A stretch of 59,933 nt of DNA from Oopsacas minuta (Eukaryota > Animalia > Porifera), in assembly GCA_024704765.1 (NCBI GenBank), contig JAKMXF010000360.1:1-59933 (forward strand), given 5' to 3'. The translations under genes and the position numbers were made by a program. This document shows, piece by piece, positions 1 through 13,150 of this stretch (its first letter is position 1; each line of letters begins with the position of its first letter). Below the pieces are notes generated by a model. That model was not told the origin of the DNA, did no database searches, and saw nothing but the letters and a program-made list of their open reading frames with translations.

Positions 1-762
1 ATAGCTTGCAAACCCAGAGAAACATCTCGGATATAACGAGAGGCAGAAGCTTGGCTTACGTTTATTCCACCTCTACAAATTATCTGGAACGTTCCAGAAG
101 CGAAAAATTGAAGTGCCACACAAACTTGCAAGTGGGGGGAAGCAGTACAAAAACGCTCGGTGAAATTCGAATAGTTAGCCATCAACTCTGTAATTTTAGA
201 TATTGAAGCTCTAGAGAAACGGAAACGTCGAACAAGTTCCATATCATCATAACAATCTAGGGGATCATTGAGATCCCTGAAAACTCGTCGACGTGCCATT
301 GAGGAAAAGGTTTCTTTTTCTGCGAGAAATAGTGGAATCATCTGTGTCATTTGTTATATTAAAATACTGGAATATTTATATATTATATTTGATCATAATT
401 GTATTTAACAAAACAATCATTAGTGTAACTTGGAATGTATAATTCAGAATGATAGAATTTAACATTATGTACAAAGTAATGCATTCCTTAGTAACAGATA
501 TGTTATATCACAAGCGTTCGAGGAATTCCTTGTAACATTATTTGTGAAGTATTTCATGAATGTAAACCACAATATTATCGTGAGATCATGCATAAAACAT
601 GAAAAGTTTTGAAAATATATTCCTGAATAATTGAAAGTAATTCTGTAAAGCAATCCATCAGAAACTCACAAATTCATGAATATAAGTGATACTTAAGTAT
701 GTACTTAGTTAAGTACATACTTAAGTACGTACTTAACTAAGTATGCTTAGTGAATACGGCGG
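1..762 (-). mobile_element. PIF/Harbinger transposon, 5' part (runs off the window at position 1)
   Basis: Minus strand from ATG at 341 reads MIPLFLAEKETFSSMARRRVFRDLNDP(fs)DCYDDMELVRRFRFSR...LQVCVALQFFASGTFQ...VSQASASRYIRDV, the HARBI1-type nuclease N-terminus. The end near 762 (revcomp CCGCCGTATTCACTAAG) abuts CTG at 763-765. Confidence 0.8.
690..727. repeat. Perfect 18-bp-arm palindrome in the Harbinger subterminal region
   Basis: TACTTAAGTATGTACTTA-GT-TAAGTACATACTTAAGTA, with further ACTTAA/TTAAGT copies to about 750. Confidence 0.9.
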
Positions 763-765
763 CTG

Positions 766-1199
766 GCTCCGTTTTACAACGAAAACTGTTAGAAAACATG
801 TCGGGAGCAATTTTCCAACAAGATGGCGCACATGTTCATCATGCCAAAAAGACACATGAATGGCTCAAAGTCAGCATCAAATGTTTTTGGCAGAAAGGAA
901 TATAGCCTGGAAATTCGCCTGATCTGATTCCCATAGAAAATCTCTGGTCAATTGTTCAAAGAGAACTCGGTTTAAAGGAGCAGCCAAGAGACCTGGAAAC
1001 GCTCGAAAAAATCTCAAATCCGCATGGTCATGTGCCTTACTGAAATATATAAACAACATGATTGATGGAGTGGCAGAACGTGTTATAAAATGTATCAAAC
1101 TTAATGGAGGATATATAGGAAAGTGATCGTATTGTTATATGAATTTATTTTCAAATTATCAATCAATATCTGATAGGACATCAATTGTGAAACACCCAG
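766..1199 (+). mobile_element. Tc1-like (DD37E) transposon 3' fragment with right TIR
   Basis: Reads IFQQDGAHVHHAKKTHEWL...KGI*PGNSPDLIPIENLWSI, with 37 residues between D and E. Ends AATTGTGAAACACCCAG|TA. Confidence 0.8.
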
Positions 1200-2129
1200 T
1201 ACTATTTCATTGAAGAATTGTTTCTTCATTTTAATGCGATATTCAAAGTACTTTATTGAAATTTTCTTCCCCTTCTTACTCTCCTCTGAAGTATATATGA
1301 GTACAGAGTTTCAGCCAAGCATATGTGGTGACCAGCACATCTGCCTTCTTTACTTTGGATACAAAGATGCACCCAAGTACGGCGACTCCATTGAGTGACG
1401 TAATATATTTTATCGATAGTACTGTAACTTTGTAAATTACCGCATACTAATAGTACACTAAACACTCTTAATTATTTGGAGACCACTGATTTCCTATTAT
1501 TGATACATGCGTATTTTCGTGTGTATTCGTATTATACTTGGTTAACCTTTTGACTATTTAACCGACATGGTTCGGACTAAATCTATCAAGACTTTTCCCA
1601 TTCTATATTTTCTATTCACACTTGGCTAATTATATAGATTATGACCTATGAATTTTCTAATTGTCTCTATAACATATGTAAATTGAAATGGACTAATTCT
1701 GATAACTTCTTTGTGTCCTACAGGTCTGACTTAACCCTAGGGATCATATTTCGATAGATTAAGGACAAAAGTGGCTGAGTTATTAACAAATTACTTTTCT
1801 GCCACAAGTAGCATATGTTACACATCAAAAAGAATATTGGGACTGAAATGCGGTGCGCGCTATTATAGTTATCTAGCATCTCACCCATGATTTCACATAT
1901 GCGTACTACATTTGGCTTTGAGGGCTCTACAAATGGCTGGGATTATGAAGCATTGAACCCACAGTAGACTATAGTGAATTGTACTATTATTGCGGCACGT
2001 GTAAACCGAACCTGACGGGTACTCTCAAATAATAAAAATTGTTTCTAGACCAGCTTTTTATTCTTAATCCGAAATACGCACTTAAATACGATGTTAGGGA
2101 TCGGTCCAGGCATGGGCCAAGTCGGAATT

Positions 2130-3260
2130 TCTTAAACCCTATTTTATATCTGTATTTAAGTCTGGGCTTGCACTTAAGCCTTTTATTTAATAGCTTCAAG
2201 CCCTTGTCAAACACATCACAATCCTTATTTTGTACTGATGGGCTTTATGTCTGGCATTTTCAACAGCTTCTCCATCATTTCCAAATTTTACTAACTAATA
2301 TCTTGGATTTTAACGCAAACTCAAATCACTTGGAGATGCCCCGAGAACTGGTAGCCCGAAAACTGCGACAATAACTAACAATAAAGAGATAGTATGAAGC
2401 TTTATAGTTGAAGATCGACGGATTACGTATAACATGATCCAGAGCACGCTAGGGATTTCAGCATGGGCAGTGAGTAAGATATTACATAAGCTGAGCAGTC
2501 GGTGGATTCTACATCTCTTGACTGATTCCCAAAAGCAAGCTAGGGTTGATTGGTTTGTAATTTATGCTAGTTAAATTCGGTATGTGGAAATCTAGTAGAG
2601 TTTCTCAGATAGTTACAGGTGATGCGACTTGGATATATTTTATGAGCCTGAGATACTGACGCAATCTCAGATTTGGGTTTTTCCTGACGAGGATGGCCCA
2701 ACAGAGGTGGTGCGTGCACGTGCAACTGGGAAACAAATGGTTGCCATTTTGTTGGTAAAAGTGGTTATGTAGCAACTGTACTGTTAACAGAACAAAGAAC
2801 AATAACTGTTAAATGGCATTGTACAGTTTTCTTTCCAGAAGTCTATAAAAACCTCTGTGTACAGCGTCCAAAGTCAGGACTTAGCGGGTTATTTATGCAT
2901 TACGATAATGCAAGCTCTCACACAGCCGGCTCAATCCGAGATTTCCTTGCCGACAAACCCATTCAAATGCTTGACCATCCGCCACATTCTCCTGACCTTG
3001 GACCCTGTGACTTCTTTGTATTCACAAAGGACAAAGATGTTATGCATGGTTCCCGTTTTTCATCTCATAGTGAAGTTGTCGACGTCTATAGAACACCTTA
3101 ATACACTAACCAAATCTCAGTGGTTTGAGATGATAGAAAGTGCTTTTGAAGGATAAAAAGTGTGTACAAGCTAGAGGTGAATACTTTGAGAAGATATAAA
3201 AATTTAGTTCAGTATCTTGTTTACTTTGTATGTGGCTATAAACTTTCCGAGTGCGCCTCG
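2130..3260 (+). mobile_element. Decayed mariner (DD34D) element; right TIR present, left end unclear
   Basis: Broken frames give SLGDAPRTG, IVTGDATWIYFYEPE, MHYDNASSHTA and HSPDLGPCDFF. Right TIR AACTTTCCGAGTGCGCCTCG|TA at 3241-3262. Start is approximate. Confidence 0.8.
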
Positions 3261-3974
3261 TATATGCTAGCTATACGGCGATTATTTGAATATCCATACG
3301 ATAATAAACCAGAAAGAAATCTATATTGGTTTGCATTATCCTACCTAAATCCCTGAATATATTGATAGTTAGATATTTTCTAGCCACACTTTGCTCATTA
3401 AATAGATAATGATAATGAGCTATTTACATATCCAAATTCTAATTGCACAAAACTCAAATGAGATGGAACAATTCTGATTGTATATTTCAATCCCAATGGA
3501 CTGTATTATCCCAGTATGAGTATTTCGAATTGTGTAGGGCATATCCCATTGACTTTCTAGCATTTTGATATCTGTCTACATGTCGCAGAAGTGGCATATA
3601 ACTAGAATCAAAATGGATTACAGTTTTATACTCATTTGAGATTCTCTAAACTGAATTGCAAATATGTGTATAGTTGGAAATAAGTCGATTATTGCAGCAT
3701 TTTTATTTGCATACAAAGTGACGTACACATACGTGATATGTGCCAATTCTGCTACTTGTGGCACAAAATATGAAACTGCTAATAAGTCAATGCCACTTTT
3801 TGTAAACATTTCGAAATATTCTTACTACGGTAATACAAATAAATTATCAGAAAATTGTTCTCTCGTATGACTTTTTATGCAATTTGCAATTGAGTATTTA
3901 CTTAGCTCATAATACATATAATGAACAAATGTAGCTAGAAAATATTGAATTTTATGTACAAGTATTATCTAACA

Positions 3975-4401
3975 CAGCGGTTCTTAACCTTTTTTGGGCC
4001 ATTTCCCACTTTGGAAGACTCAGTCAATCAATTTCCCACCAAATCATGAATGTTATTTAAATATTCAAAAGCACACAGCCATATAATCCTATTTGTTTTA
4101 GAAGTTTTGTAACTTATATATTTGAATTTAGATAATGTATTTTTAATTAATCAACATAACATCTCAGTACATTTTTCGGAAGTAGTAAATTTGCAATGGT
4201 AAATAAGTAATTCAATTCTTTAATGTGATTTTGTATTTGTTTACTACGCACAAGATCGGTTATATCGGGTTCAGTAAAGGAGATAGAACGTCTCAGGTAA
4301 TCTTCCACCTCTAATTTGTTTCGAGCCTTTGTTTTGATAGCAAGTAAGCTTGAAAATCAAGACTCACATAGATAAGTTGATGAGAAAGGTACAATAGTTT
4401 T
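3975..4401 (-). mobile_element. hAT (Charlie/ZBED5-like) 3' fragment
   Basis: TIR CAGCGGTTCTTAACCT at 3975. Minus strand reads KTIVPFSSTYLCES*FSSLLAIKTKARNKLEVEDYLRRSISFTEPDITDL (hAT dimerisation C-terminus). Cut by the N at 4402. Confidence 0.75.
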
Positions 4402-4402
4402 N

Positions 4403-5081
4403 TTTTGATGGGCCACAAATCAGAAAACTGATACAAGATGAAGAATTCACCTCACACATGACTGGAGTTGAGGCTGCCGCGTGGTATTCCTTTGTCGATG
4501 TTGTAAAGGGATTCTTAGGCAACACCAAAGTGGCTAACTACCAGAATCTGGTCGAAGGCATGCTCAAGAACTTCCACAGTCTGGGAACCAGAATGAGCAT
4601 AAAACTTCACTACCTCTATAGCCATTTAGAGAGATTCCCTAAAAATCTTGGTAATTTAAGGGAAGAACAGGGCGAGCGATTCCACCAAGACATCAGGACT
4701 ATGGAGGAATGGTACCAAGGAAGATGGAACACTCACATGTTAGCAGATTACTACTGGAGCCATATGCGTGATTGCCCTCAAGAACCTCACAAGAGGAATT
4801 CGTATAAGAGAACTTTCGTTCATGATTGATAAGTATTCAGATCATATTATATCTCAAATTATCTGCTTATTACGTACATTCAATTCTGGTTATAATGTAA
4901 TACATACATACTATATGGTATCAGTGAACACAGATTCACGAATGCTGAAAAACACAATTTTACAATATCACGGAAAGTAGAGCCAATTGACCAGAACTAG
5001 TGCCATTTTGGAACTCAGTGACCCCGATATACCGTAGAAATAGTCTCAACTCATCAGCGAAGAAAATGTTGTTGGCCAGTG
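4403..5081 (+). mobile_element. Chapaev3-like (CMC) transposon 3' fragment; ORF 4458-4829
   Basis: Reads FDGPQIRKL...MSIKLHYLYSHLERFPKNLGNLREEQGERFHQDI...YQGRWNTHMLADYYW and ends ...GTTGGCCAGTG|TTA (CAC terminus, TWA-type flank). The family name is from memory of this motif, not a search. Confidence 0.6.
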
Positions 5082-6305
5082 TTATTGATCCGTCGGTAGT
5101 CGGATCTGCCTGCCCCTGGATCCGCCACTGCCTATCTTACCTTGCTTACCTAAATTATCTATGTAGTAAAACCTTAATTTCTCTTTGTATAATTAATAGA
5201 TTTCATGCAAATGTCGCCCAATGAAGATTTCCTCAACAAGCTTCTTCACGAATTCTCGAATCTGAAATTGACTATACTGTGTCTATGATTTAGCACACAA
5301 CGTGTATATCTTAGCTGGTTATATGAGTGCAAATGAGTAAATGTTCTAGTATCGGAACTTTCAGAGTCCCTTCAAAGAGTGTTGACAATATAAGGAATGG
5401 ATTCGTAAATGGAATTGGTAGTTAGAGAAATTCCGGGCGTGCCTAAAATACCGGACGTGAAATGGTGGTACCTTCCAAATTTATTCATGCAAAGTGTCTA
5501 ACTTTATTTTTTATGGATGAGATGCCTCTACCTGGTGATTCAGGCCGCATCGACTCCAGAGATGTTGCTATAAATTTTATTGCTGGTTCCCGGTGTGATC
5601 CCATTTAGGGACCACTCATGTAAGAGCATCATAGAGCACCTTAGCTACTTAAAGAAAACTAGCAATATAGGGAGGGAGTGGCGAAATAGTTGGAGTTTTG
5701 TGAACGTGGTGGCCTTAAATCGCTAGTGCTTTTTGGGACATTAAGTGCTATGGGATAGCCTGGGGGCCTTATTAACTAAAATTCTTAAGTCAAATTCTTA
5801 GAATTTTGCTAAACTTTAAGTGAAATTCTTAGAATAATACTCAATTCTAAGAAAATATTTAGTGAGGTAAAGAGGACACTTAACTAATAATTTTTTCTAC
5901 TTTTCTATGAAATTATTATAAATATGCATGTATTCACAAAGAAGATTGTTAATCGCTCAAGACAATATGTTTGATTATCATATCCACATGTTGTAATAAC
6001 CACAGCATGGAACCAGTCGAACTACATACCAACTATATTTAGATAATATTTCTTGATGTCACTCTGAATTGTATTCTGACATCAATAAATGTATTTATGT
6101 AATTATATCCGATATATTTTGAAACATAATAGTGTTGTATCTAAACTAAGGTAAATATAATCAATGTCATTTGAGTGACGTCCTGCAAAATATATGTAAT
6201 CCACGCAGTTTTATCCATTTACGTATATTATCATCGTTAGCTATAAGCATAAATAACAATAAAATGTTAATTAATTATGATAATATCTTAATAATCGCTC
6301 GCATT

Positions 6306-6989
6306 ATGACCACCGAAAAATCGAAAACTTTCTCAAAGAATTTTACTCAGGAGGAGATAATGTTACTCATGGATCTTATTCATGATCAATAATCAAATTC
6401 TTCGGCGCTGTAACATCAACTCTGACTTTCGATGATAAGAACAAAATCTGGGAAGAAATTTCAGGGAGACTCTGAATTACATGGGAATATAAGAGCAAGA
6501 GATAATAGCATAAAAAAATGGTGTAGTATACTATCAAAACATAAGCCTCGTATTGTAGATAAGTTAGCATTAGCAAGAAAAACTCGAGGAGGTCCTGCAG
6601 ATGCTGATTTAAATGAAATAGAAGCTAAAATCAGTAGCATCAAAGGGAAGGAAGCTTTTGAAGGCATTGAATCGGGTATCGATCTCTCTCTTGAATCCCA
6701 ATGTTCAAATGATGAAACTAAAAGGATGCTGATGAGCCCAGTTCCCTCTGAAGATATTGAACAAATAAAGTTTTTCCAACCAACCCCAAGAGAACGTCAT
6801 CGTTTGGAAAATTACGAATTGGAATTGACCAGACGTGGAATATTAGAGAAAGAAGATAAGAAATTGGAGATTTTGGCTAACATCGATTCTAAGCTAGATC
6901 GACTTGGGAGTAAATTCGATCGAGTGATCCAGATTTTGCAACATACAGCAGCGGATCAATCAAAGATACTTTCTCTTCTGATGGCTTAA
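6306..6989 (+). pseudogene. Harbinger Myb/SANT-like DNA-binding protein (frameshifted)
   Basis: MTTEKSKTFSKNFTQEEIMLLMDLI(fs)FGAVTSTLTFDDKNKIWEEIS...IKKWCSIL...ARKTRGGPA, followed by a coiled-coil-like C-terminus. ORFs 6171-6392 and 6432-6989 are pieces of it. Confidence 0.8.
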
Positions 6990-7170
6990 ACTATGCCTCC
7001 TCTGCCGCATTTTCAGACATTGCCCCCTTCATTTCCTACTTCTAATTTGTCTTCATTGCCTCATTACTTTCAAAGTCAAGATTAGGAATCCATAATTAAG
7101 ATTATTATGTTATAAGTAAATCAGAGCCTAATTCGTTCATGTGCTCAGTTAATTAATTAAACTTCCTATC

Positions 7171-8211
7171 TCATGTGACACAGTTTATAATTATATTTTC
7201 TCTAACTAAAATCCTATTATCTGAATGTTCAGTGTGGTCTGTTTCGGTGTAGGGCATGTCACTTTCCAAGTTTTCAATATCAATTTGAAGACCACGATCA
7301 ACACAAAACTTATGAAGTATCATGGAGGATAAGATTAGTTTGCAAACCCTCTCTTGGCTATAGCAAAAACTGCCACCAGTCTTGTCCATTGATCTCCATC
7401 TGCTATTCCATATTCCAAAGGTATATTCAATTGTCTTTCGAGTCTTCAGGAAAGCACGATTATACCTTCTTTCGCGAGCTGTAACAGGAGATAGTAATGG
7501 AGTCATTAAATTTGGGCGCAACTGATAACCACTATCGCCGAGAAACCACCCATCAAGAATTGGAATTTCTTTACTGGCGATCTTAAGATTGATTCCTGAT
7601 CGCCGCCATATGAACGCGTCATGTGTGCTGCCTGGCCACTTCACAACTACATCAATAGATTTGAATACATCGTCACATATAGCTTGGACGTTAATTGAAG
7701 AAAACTTTTACGATTAACATAAATTGCTTCGTTGGTGCTAGGTGCAACAATTGGGATGTGTGTGTCGTCTATGCAACCTAATACTTTGGGAAACCCGAAC
7801 TTTTTCCATAAATCCATGCTGTATGCTCATCTGTCTAGCAGCAGTGGAAACTGTATATAGTCTTTCCCAATAGAGCATAATGCATCTATTACACCTCTAA
7901 CACAGTTGGACACTGAGGGCTGGGAAATTCCATGAGCTGATGCAACCACAGTTTGGAAACTACCCGTAGCTAGAAACTGAAGAGTGGCCGCTAATTGAGT
8001 TATCACCGAAAGTGAATGAGATCGGCTTGTCGATCGAGACATGAAAGTCTCAATTTTATCATGCATTTCTAAGAACATTTCTCTTCTGGTTCTATAACGA
8101 GAAATAAACTACATCTGTATACGCATCAAGAGGGTTTAACCTGTCACGAAATATTCTCTGTCGTCGTAAACTGCCTATTTCCAGCTCCAAAAGAACAAAA
8201 AGCGAGGCCAT
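7171..8211 (-). pseudogene. Harbinger DDE nuclease (HARBI1-like), with frameshift and stop
   Basis: RIFRDRLNPLDAY...QLAATLQFLATGSFQ...GISQPSVS...[17 protein letters not shown]...[15 protein letters not shown]...KWPGSTHDAFIW...LGDSGY...RKTIEYTFGIW. Confidence 0.9.
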
Positions 8212-8664
8212 GAGTTTATACAATATTACACAAATGAGAAATGCAATGAGTACCCTTTTCTATCGGATGGGGCAATTTATCTCATTAATGATAAATCAAG
8301 TATACAAGTATAAGGATGTTATTTTCTACTGTGCGCATATCTTCTCAAAAAGCGATTGAAGTCGAATGAATTGTCACAAATTTTATTAATCAATAGCAAG
8401 AGTCAATTAAGTAGAATTACTCAAATATATAAGAATAATCTTAGAATCTGTTAAGTATAGCCAAGTTAAGAATTCATAATGAAAACTAAGAATATTTGAT
8501 GAATTCTTAGAATTACTCTTAGAAATACACTTAGAATTAAGTTAAGAATAATTCCTGGAATTATAGTTAATAATGCCCCTGTTCTCTACAGTAAATTCCT
8601 AGCTATCCAGGAAATTGACAAAGTAATCACAAACAGTTAAAGGCAAAGGAAACTCTTATTTATA

Positions 8665-9977
8665 CGAGGGTCAGTCCAAAAGTTTTGTCGTACAAAGGTC
8701 CTATTTTGTCTTCAATCTAATTAATACAACTCTATATTCTTAGATATATATATATATATATAATGACTCTACTATTAATTTGAGCTATATTCAACACTTA
8801 TTTCCTGAGTAACGCTATTTTATCCATAAACCTGTATACCAATTTTACTATTACTGAATGGAACTGGAAAGAAGGGATTTTAGAGCCATGATGTTTTATG
8901 ACTTTATGCGTAAGATATCAGTGGAGCAGAGTCATGATAACTTGGTGGAAGCTTTCCAAGATCAAGCTCCATCTAGGCGTACAGTGGAGCGTTGGTATCT
9001 AGATTTCAGGAGGGAGAGAACGTCATTACAAGATGAGGCTAGGTCTGGGCGACCTTCAACTGCTGTCACTCCAGAGACTATTGCTGCTGCTGAGACATTA
9101 ATCAGAGAGGATAGCCGCATTAACTATGAGCAGTTTGCTGAGACCCTAAAGATCGGGAAAGCCGCCATCAATACTATTCTACATGATTATCTTGGTGTCA
9201 GAAGGTCTGCGGCCCGATGGATCCCTCATAATCTCTCTGAAATGCAATTAGAGGCAAGGGTAGAATGGTGCAAGTTTATGCTCAAGAAATTTAAAGGAGG
9301 AGAGTATAAACGAGTTTACGACATACTAACATGTGATGAGACATGGATCTATCAGTACGATCTGGAAACAAAGCGGCAATCTTCAATCTGGGTGTTTCCT
9401 GGCGAAGATCCCCTGTTAAAGTTCGCCGGGCTCGCAGCGTTGGGAAAAGATGATGGCTGCTTTTTTCTGTAAGACTGGCCCAGTAGCAATAATTCCTCTC
9501 GAGGATCGTCGTACCGTCAATGCTGATTGGTACATTAACAATTGCCTGCCCAAGGCTTTCGAAGCTTGGAGTTCTCGTCGCCCTAAGACCGGTATCAGAG
9601 GACTTCTCCTTCACCACGATAATGCATCTGCACACACAGCAGCCAAAACATTGGCTTCCTGGCTGAAAATTCGGTCCAGTTGGTATCGCATCTACCTTAC
9701 AGTCCAGATTTAGCACCATGCGACTTTTTCTTGTTCCCAACAATCAAGGAAAAGATCCGTGGAATAAGGTTTGAGAGTCCTGAAGAGGCTCGTCTGGCAT
9801 TTGAAAGGCCCTTTGGAGCCTGCCAGAGGAAAAATGGCATAGTTGTTTCGACAGTTGGTTTCATCGTATGCAACTTTGCATAGATTGTTGTGATCGTTAC
9901 TTTGAGAAACTGTGAAAGTTGGATTAAATTTGTTATTATATTTTTTGTGTACGACAAAAGTTTTGGACTGAACCTCG
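8665..9977 (+). mobile_element. Complete mariner (DD34D) element, 1313 bp
   Basis: TIRs CGAGGGTCAGTCCAAAAGTTTTGTCGTACA and CGAGGTTCAGTCCAAAACTTTTGTCGTACA. TA on both sides (8663-64, 9978-79). (AT)9 run at 8744-8761 in the 5' region. Confidence 0.95.
8858..9915 (+). pseudogene. mariner transposase, frameshifted
   Basis: MELERRDFRAM...RSGRP...RWIPHNL...LTCDETWIYQYD (fs) LHHDNASAH (fs) YSPDLAPCDFFLFP (fs) YFEKL*. Confidence 0.92.
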
Positions 9978-11099
9978 TATGTATCTTTAATGAGTCCTAT
10001 AATTCTGAAGCTTCTGATATTTATATTCAGAATTTTAGTTCACCATTCTGAATGTACTCAGGAGTTTTGTTTCGATTAGCGTCTGGTTTGCTACTGTATG
10101 TTGCTTAACTCATTAATACACAATTTGTATTGTTTCAGCGGACATTATTTGTAATAGTGTTCGTTTTGTTTGCATGTGAACTATGATCAAAACAGTAAAA
10201 CATCGGAGCCAACACGCAAGGAGAGATACTTAGACACAAGAGAATGCTAGTTATGACAAGTAAAAGGGAGAATCTTGATCAACTAGCAAGAAATCTATTG
10301 AACCAGGCCTTGAGCATATAGATTCTGTAAGAGCGACCTTCGGGTCTATATCACTGGATTGGTCCCTATTTCCCAAGGAATTTCGGGAACAAAGAGCCCT
10401 AAATCACTGCTTCCCAAACACATGCATTTAGAGACCTCCGAGGTCTGTAGATCGCTAGCATTTTTTGAAACCATTCCCATGAACTCTGGGCCACTTGCAG
10501 ACTTCTTACATTAGCCATAAATCCTGAGATACGCCATATATCATTGTCCAATTGTTTTTAAGGCCACCCTTATGCGCTTAAGCCGACCTCAGAATTTTCA
10601 CGTACTAGCTCTAAGAGACCGGGATAGTTGGGATTGTACACACATGAAGCATATCGTAATACACTTTGGGTGATATTTGGGAGGTTACTACAAATTATTT
10701 CCCGAATTTCAATAATAGTGGATGATTTTCTCACATTTTGTAGCTATTTAATGATGATGTAAGAGTATAATATCAATTGTTCAACTGGAAAGGCTTAAAC
10801 AGAATTCATCCAAAATTTTTGATGTTTACAAAATCTGTGAACTGCATTAAATTTTAGGGATTTAATAACAATCTTCAAGGACAGCTCCTACTCACACTCA
10901 CTCTGAATTTCCTTTATCTCACCATCAGGAATCCCATTATCTATATACTCGATACTTTTGTCAGAATGTCTTGCTTGTTTCACTATAGTCCTCGTTTTCG
11001 TGCTCATTCAAATCAACAAACTCATGAACAATATTGCGTTTGTAAATATTTAGGCTTGCGGGCGATCTTTCTCAACCTCAATATTGTCACCGCGCTGAA

Positions 11100-13150
11100 T
11101 TCTCGTCTTGGTCTGAATCCTATTTAGTGTAATAAATCCACGTTCAGGAACACCAGTATCAAAGAGAGAGAACTAAGGATGAAGAGGAAAATTCGTGAAC
11201 CTTTTCAATCGGCCTCCTCAGCATCAGCCATTTAGACAAATAGAACAAATTGCAGAGTTTTCAGTGGTACGGAGCACGACAAAGCTGTGTGATTGCGTAA
11301 CAATATCATAAGAACAATAGCAAAAGTCTCAAAACTCAGTATAAAACCGGAAATATGTGGAGAGGTGGTGCAATAAATCATTTCAACCAGTTTAATTGGG
11401 GAAAATGATTGTTTTCACGCATCATATATTTCAAGATACGTAAATCATGTCTTTTTTCCTTCCTCAAGCGGAAAACTCCTTCCCATGCTCAACTGGAGCT
11501 CTTAGCGAGTGCTTGTTCAGAATCCTACAACTCCTCTTTAACATCCTCTACCAAGCCCACCACACGCTGGATGATAAGAAAGCCTACCAGGGAGACTGAG
11601 AGTTATCTTGAATACTAATAGAGTTTAGTAAAGGCTTACAAAGCCTGTCCCGTCATCATATCGCGCATGTAAACTTAATTTGTTAGAAATTGATTGACAA
11701 TCTGCTCTACCGGGTGACATTCCACTATGGTTTTGGTATTGTCCAAACATACGAGAATGCGGAGAAACGAATTAGATACTTCGTATCACCCAAACTGCTA
11801 GGAAGAGTAATCTTCGAAGTGTGGGAATGAGTTACAGGTACTTACTCCTTCTATCTGAACATCTGGGGAATATATTGTAACAATATTTCACCACTATCTC
11901 AATCATATCCACAATCTCTAGGACCCGCTACTCCTGCCCCTCTTCTTTAATAGATCGTCATCTGATAGGGTCACTCTATAAAAGACGCAAACACGCTGAA
12001 AAACGGATAACAGTTTTTACCGAACTCCAATAAGTTAGCTATAAATGTACTTGTTCAAACAAGTTCGAAGTACCATTATGATGGAAGAACCATCGCTGCT
12101 GAAATACGTATATTGTAGATATTGGCCTGCGACCCCAAACGAGTTTAACAGTGGCTTGACAAGGTGTAATCCAAGCTTATGCGGTGCACCCCAGGCGCAT
12201 AAATTTGGACAAATAATTCTCTAGGCGTACAAATAATTCTTTCAAGGCGTAGAAACTCCTATATTGTATTAATATATATAGTCTCGTTGTATGAAATGAG
12301 TTAGAACCCATTTCTAGGTGGATGAACCTGAAAGCCTGGATGCAACCTTGCTTCAAGTATCGTCTGACCTAATCCAGGCTTAATGTTGATGAGACCCAAA
12401 AAACTTACTCCACGCTTGGCCTTAATGTATTTGATCATCTGCTTCGGACGGCATATCGGTAGTTTCATCCACGATAAGTCCAATTGGCCCCCTCATGAAA
12501 TGGCGAACTGCTTCAAACTGTAGATTTGTGCGAGAAGGAGCAAACACTAAAGGACGATTATTGACTCTCAAGAATGGAGTAACATGAACTTCGTGTTTCT
12601 TTATTCGTTTCGGGATTGGGTTAACTTTCCTCAAGACTAACTCTTCATGGGTAAAAGCGATACGATACCATCCAGAGGAATCACACTCTCATAAATCTCG
12701 TGTTCACGATCCTCCTTTCCTTTTCGAGACGACCTCTGTTCTTCTCAAATTATCGAAAATTGCGATGTATGCATGCACTTGCTGTGTTTGTTGCTCCCCT
12801 TCTCAATGATTCACATGCACTGGCGCCTATCATTCAAATTGAGAGTGGTTCCCTTTCAGTACATCTTTTACAGCGATAATCAACGGTTCCATCAACCTTT
12901 CCTACATCCAGCCATTGCGCAAATTCAACAACTCCAGTCCGGAAATCTCAAGAGGATTTATAGATTATCTAGTCGAAAATCGTACAAGTTTGAGAGACAG
13001 TAACAGGGGAATTAACTATAATTTGACGAGGTATACGTATTTCACTATAAGTGGTCGGAGTGATGTTCTCTCTAACAATTGGTCCGATAGAGTGCAAATC
13101 GGCCTCCTGAATCGATTTAACCACCCGATGTCGGTTAAAGTAAGGTGATT
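11100..13150 (-). other. Heavily decayed coding-like remnant, possibly BEL/Pao retroelement
   Basis: Only short look-alikes: RRPIEKV (about 11215), QRVVGLVEDVK (about 11550), WSSVKTVIRFSACLR (about 12030), SEIRIPR and VDYRCKRC (12880-13050). No RT motif seen. Confidence 0.2.

Larger units (their letters stand above)
5763..8579. mobile_element. Full-length, decayed two-gene PIF/Harbinger transposon
   Basis: TIRs GGGGCCTTATTAACTAAAATTC (5763) and revcomp GGGGCATTATTAACTATAATTC (8579), 20/22 identical. Convergent Myb/SANT and nuclease genes inside. CTG at 5760-5762 and 8579-8581. Confidence 0.9.

Noticed and set aside
8858-9472. Host SETMAR-like gene
   Set aside because: No SET domain; TIRs, TA duplication and frameshifts show an ordinary dead mariner.
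12422-12634. hAT call from IVDETTD
   Set aside because: No other hAT motifs or TIR nearby; a 7-aa match alone is insufficient.
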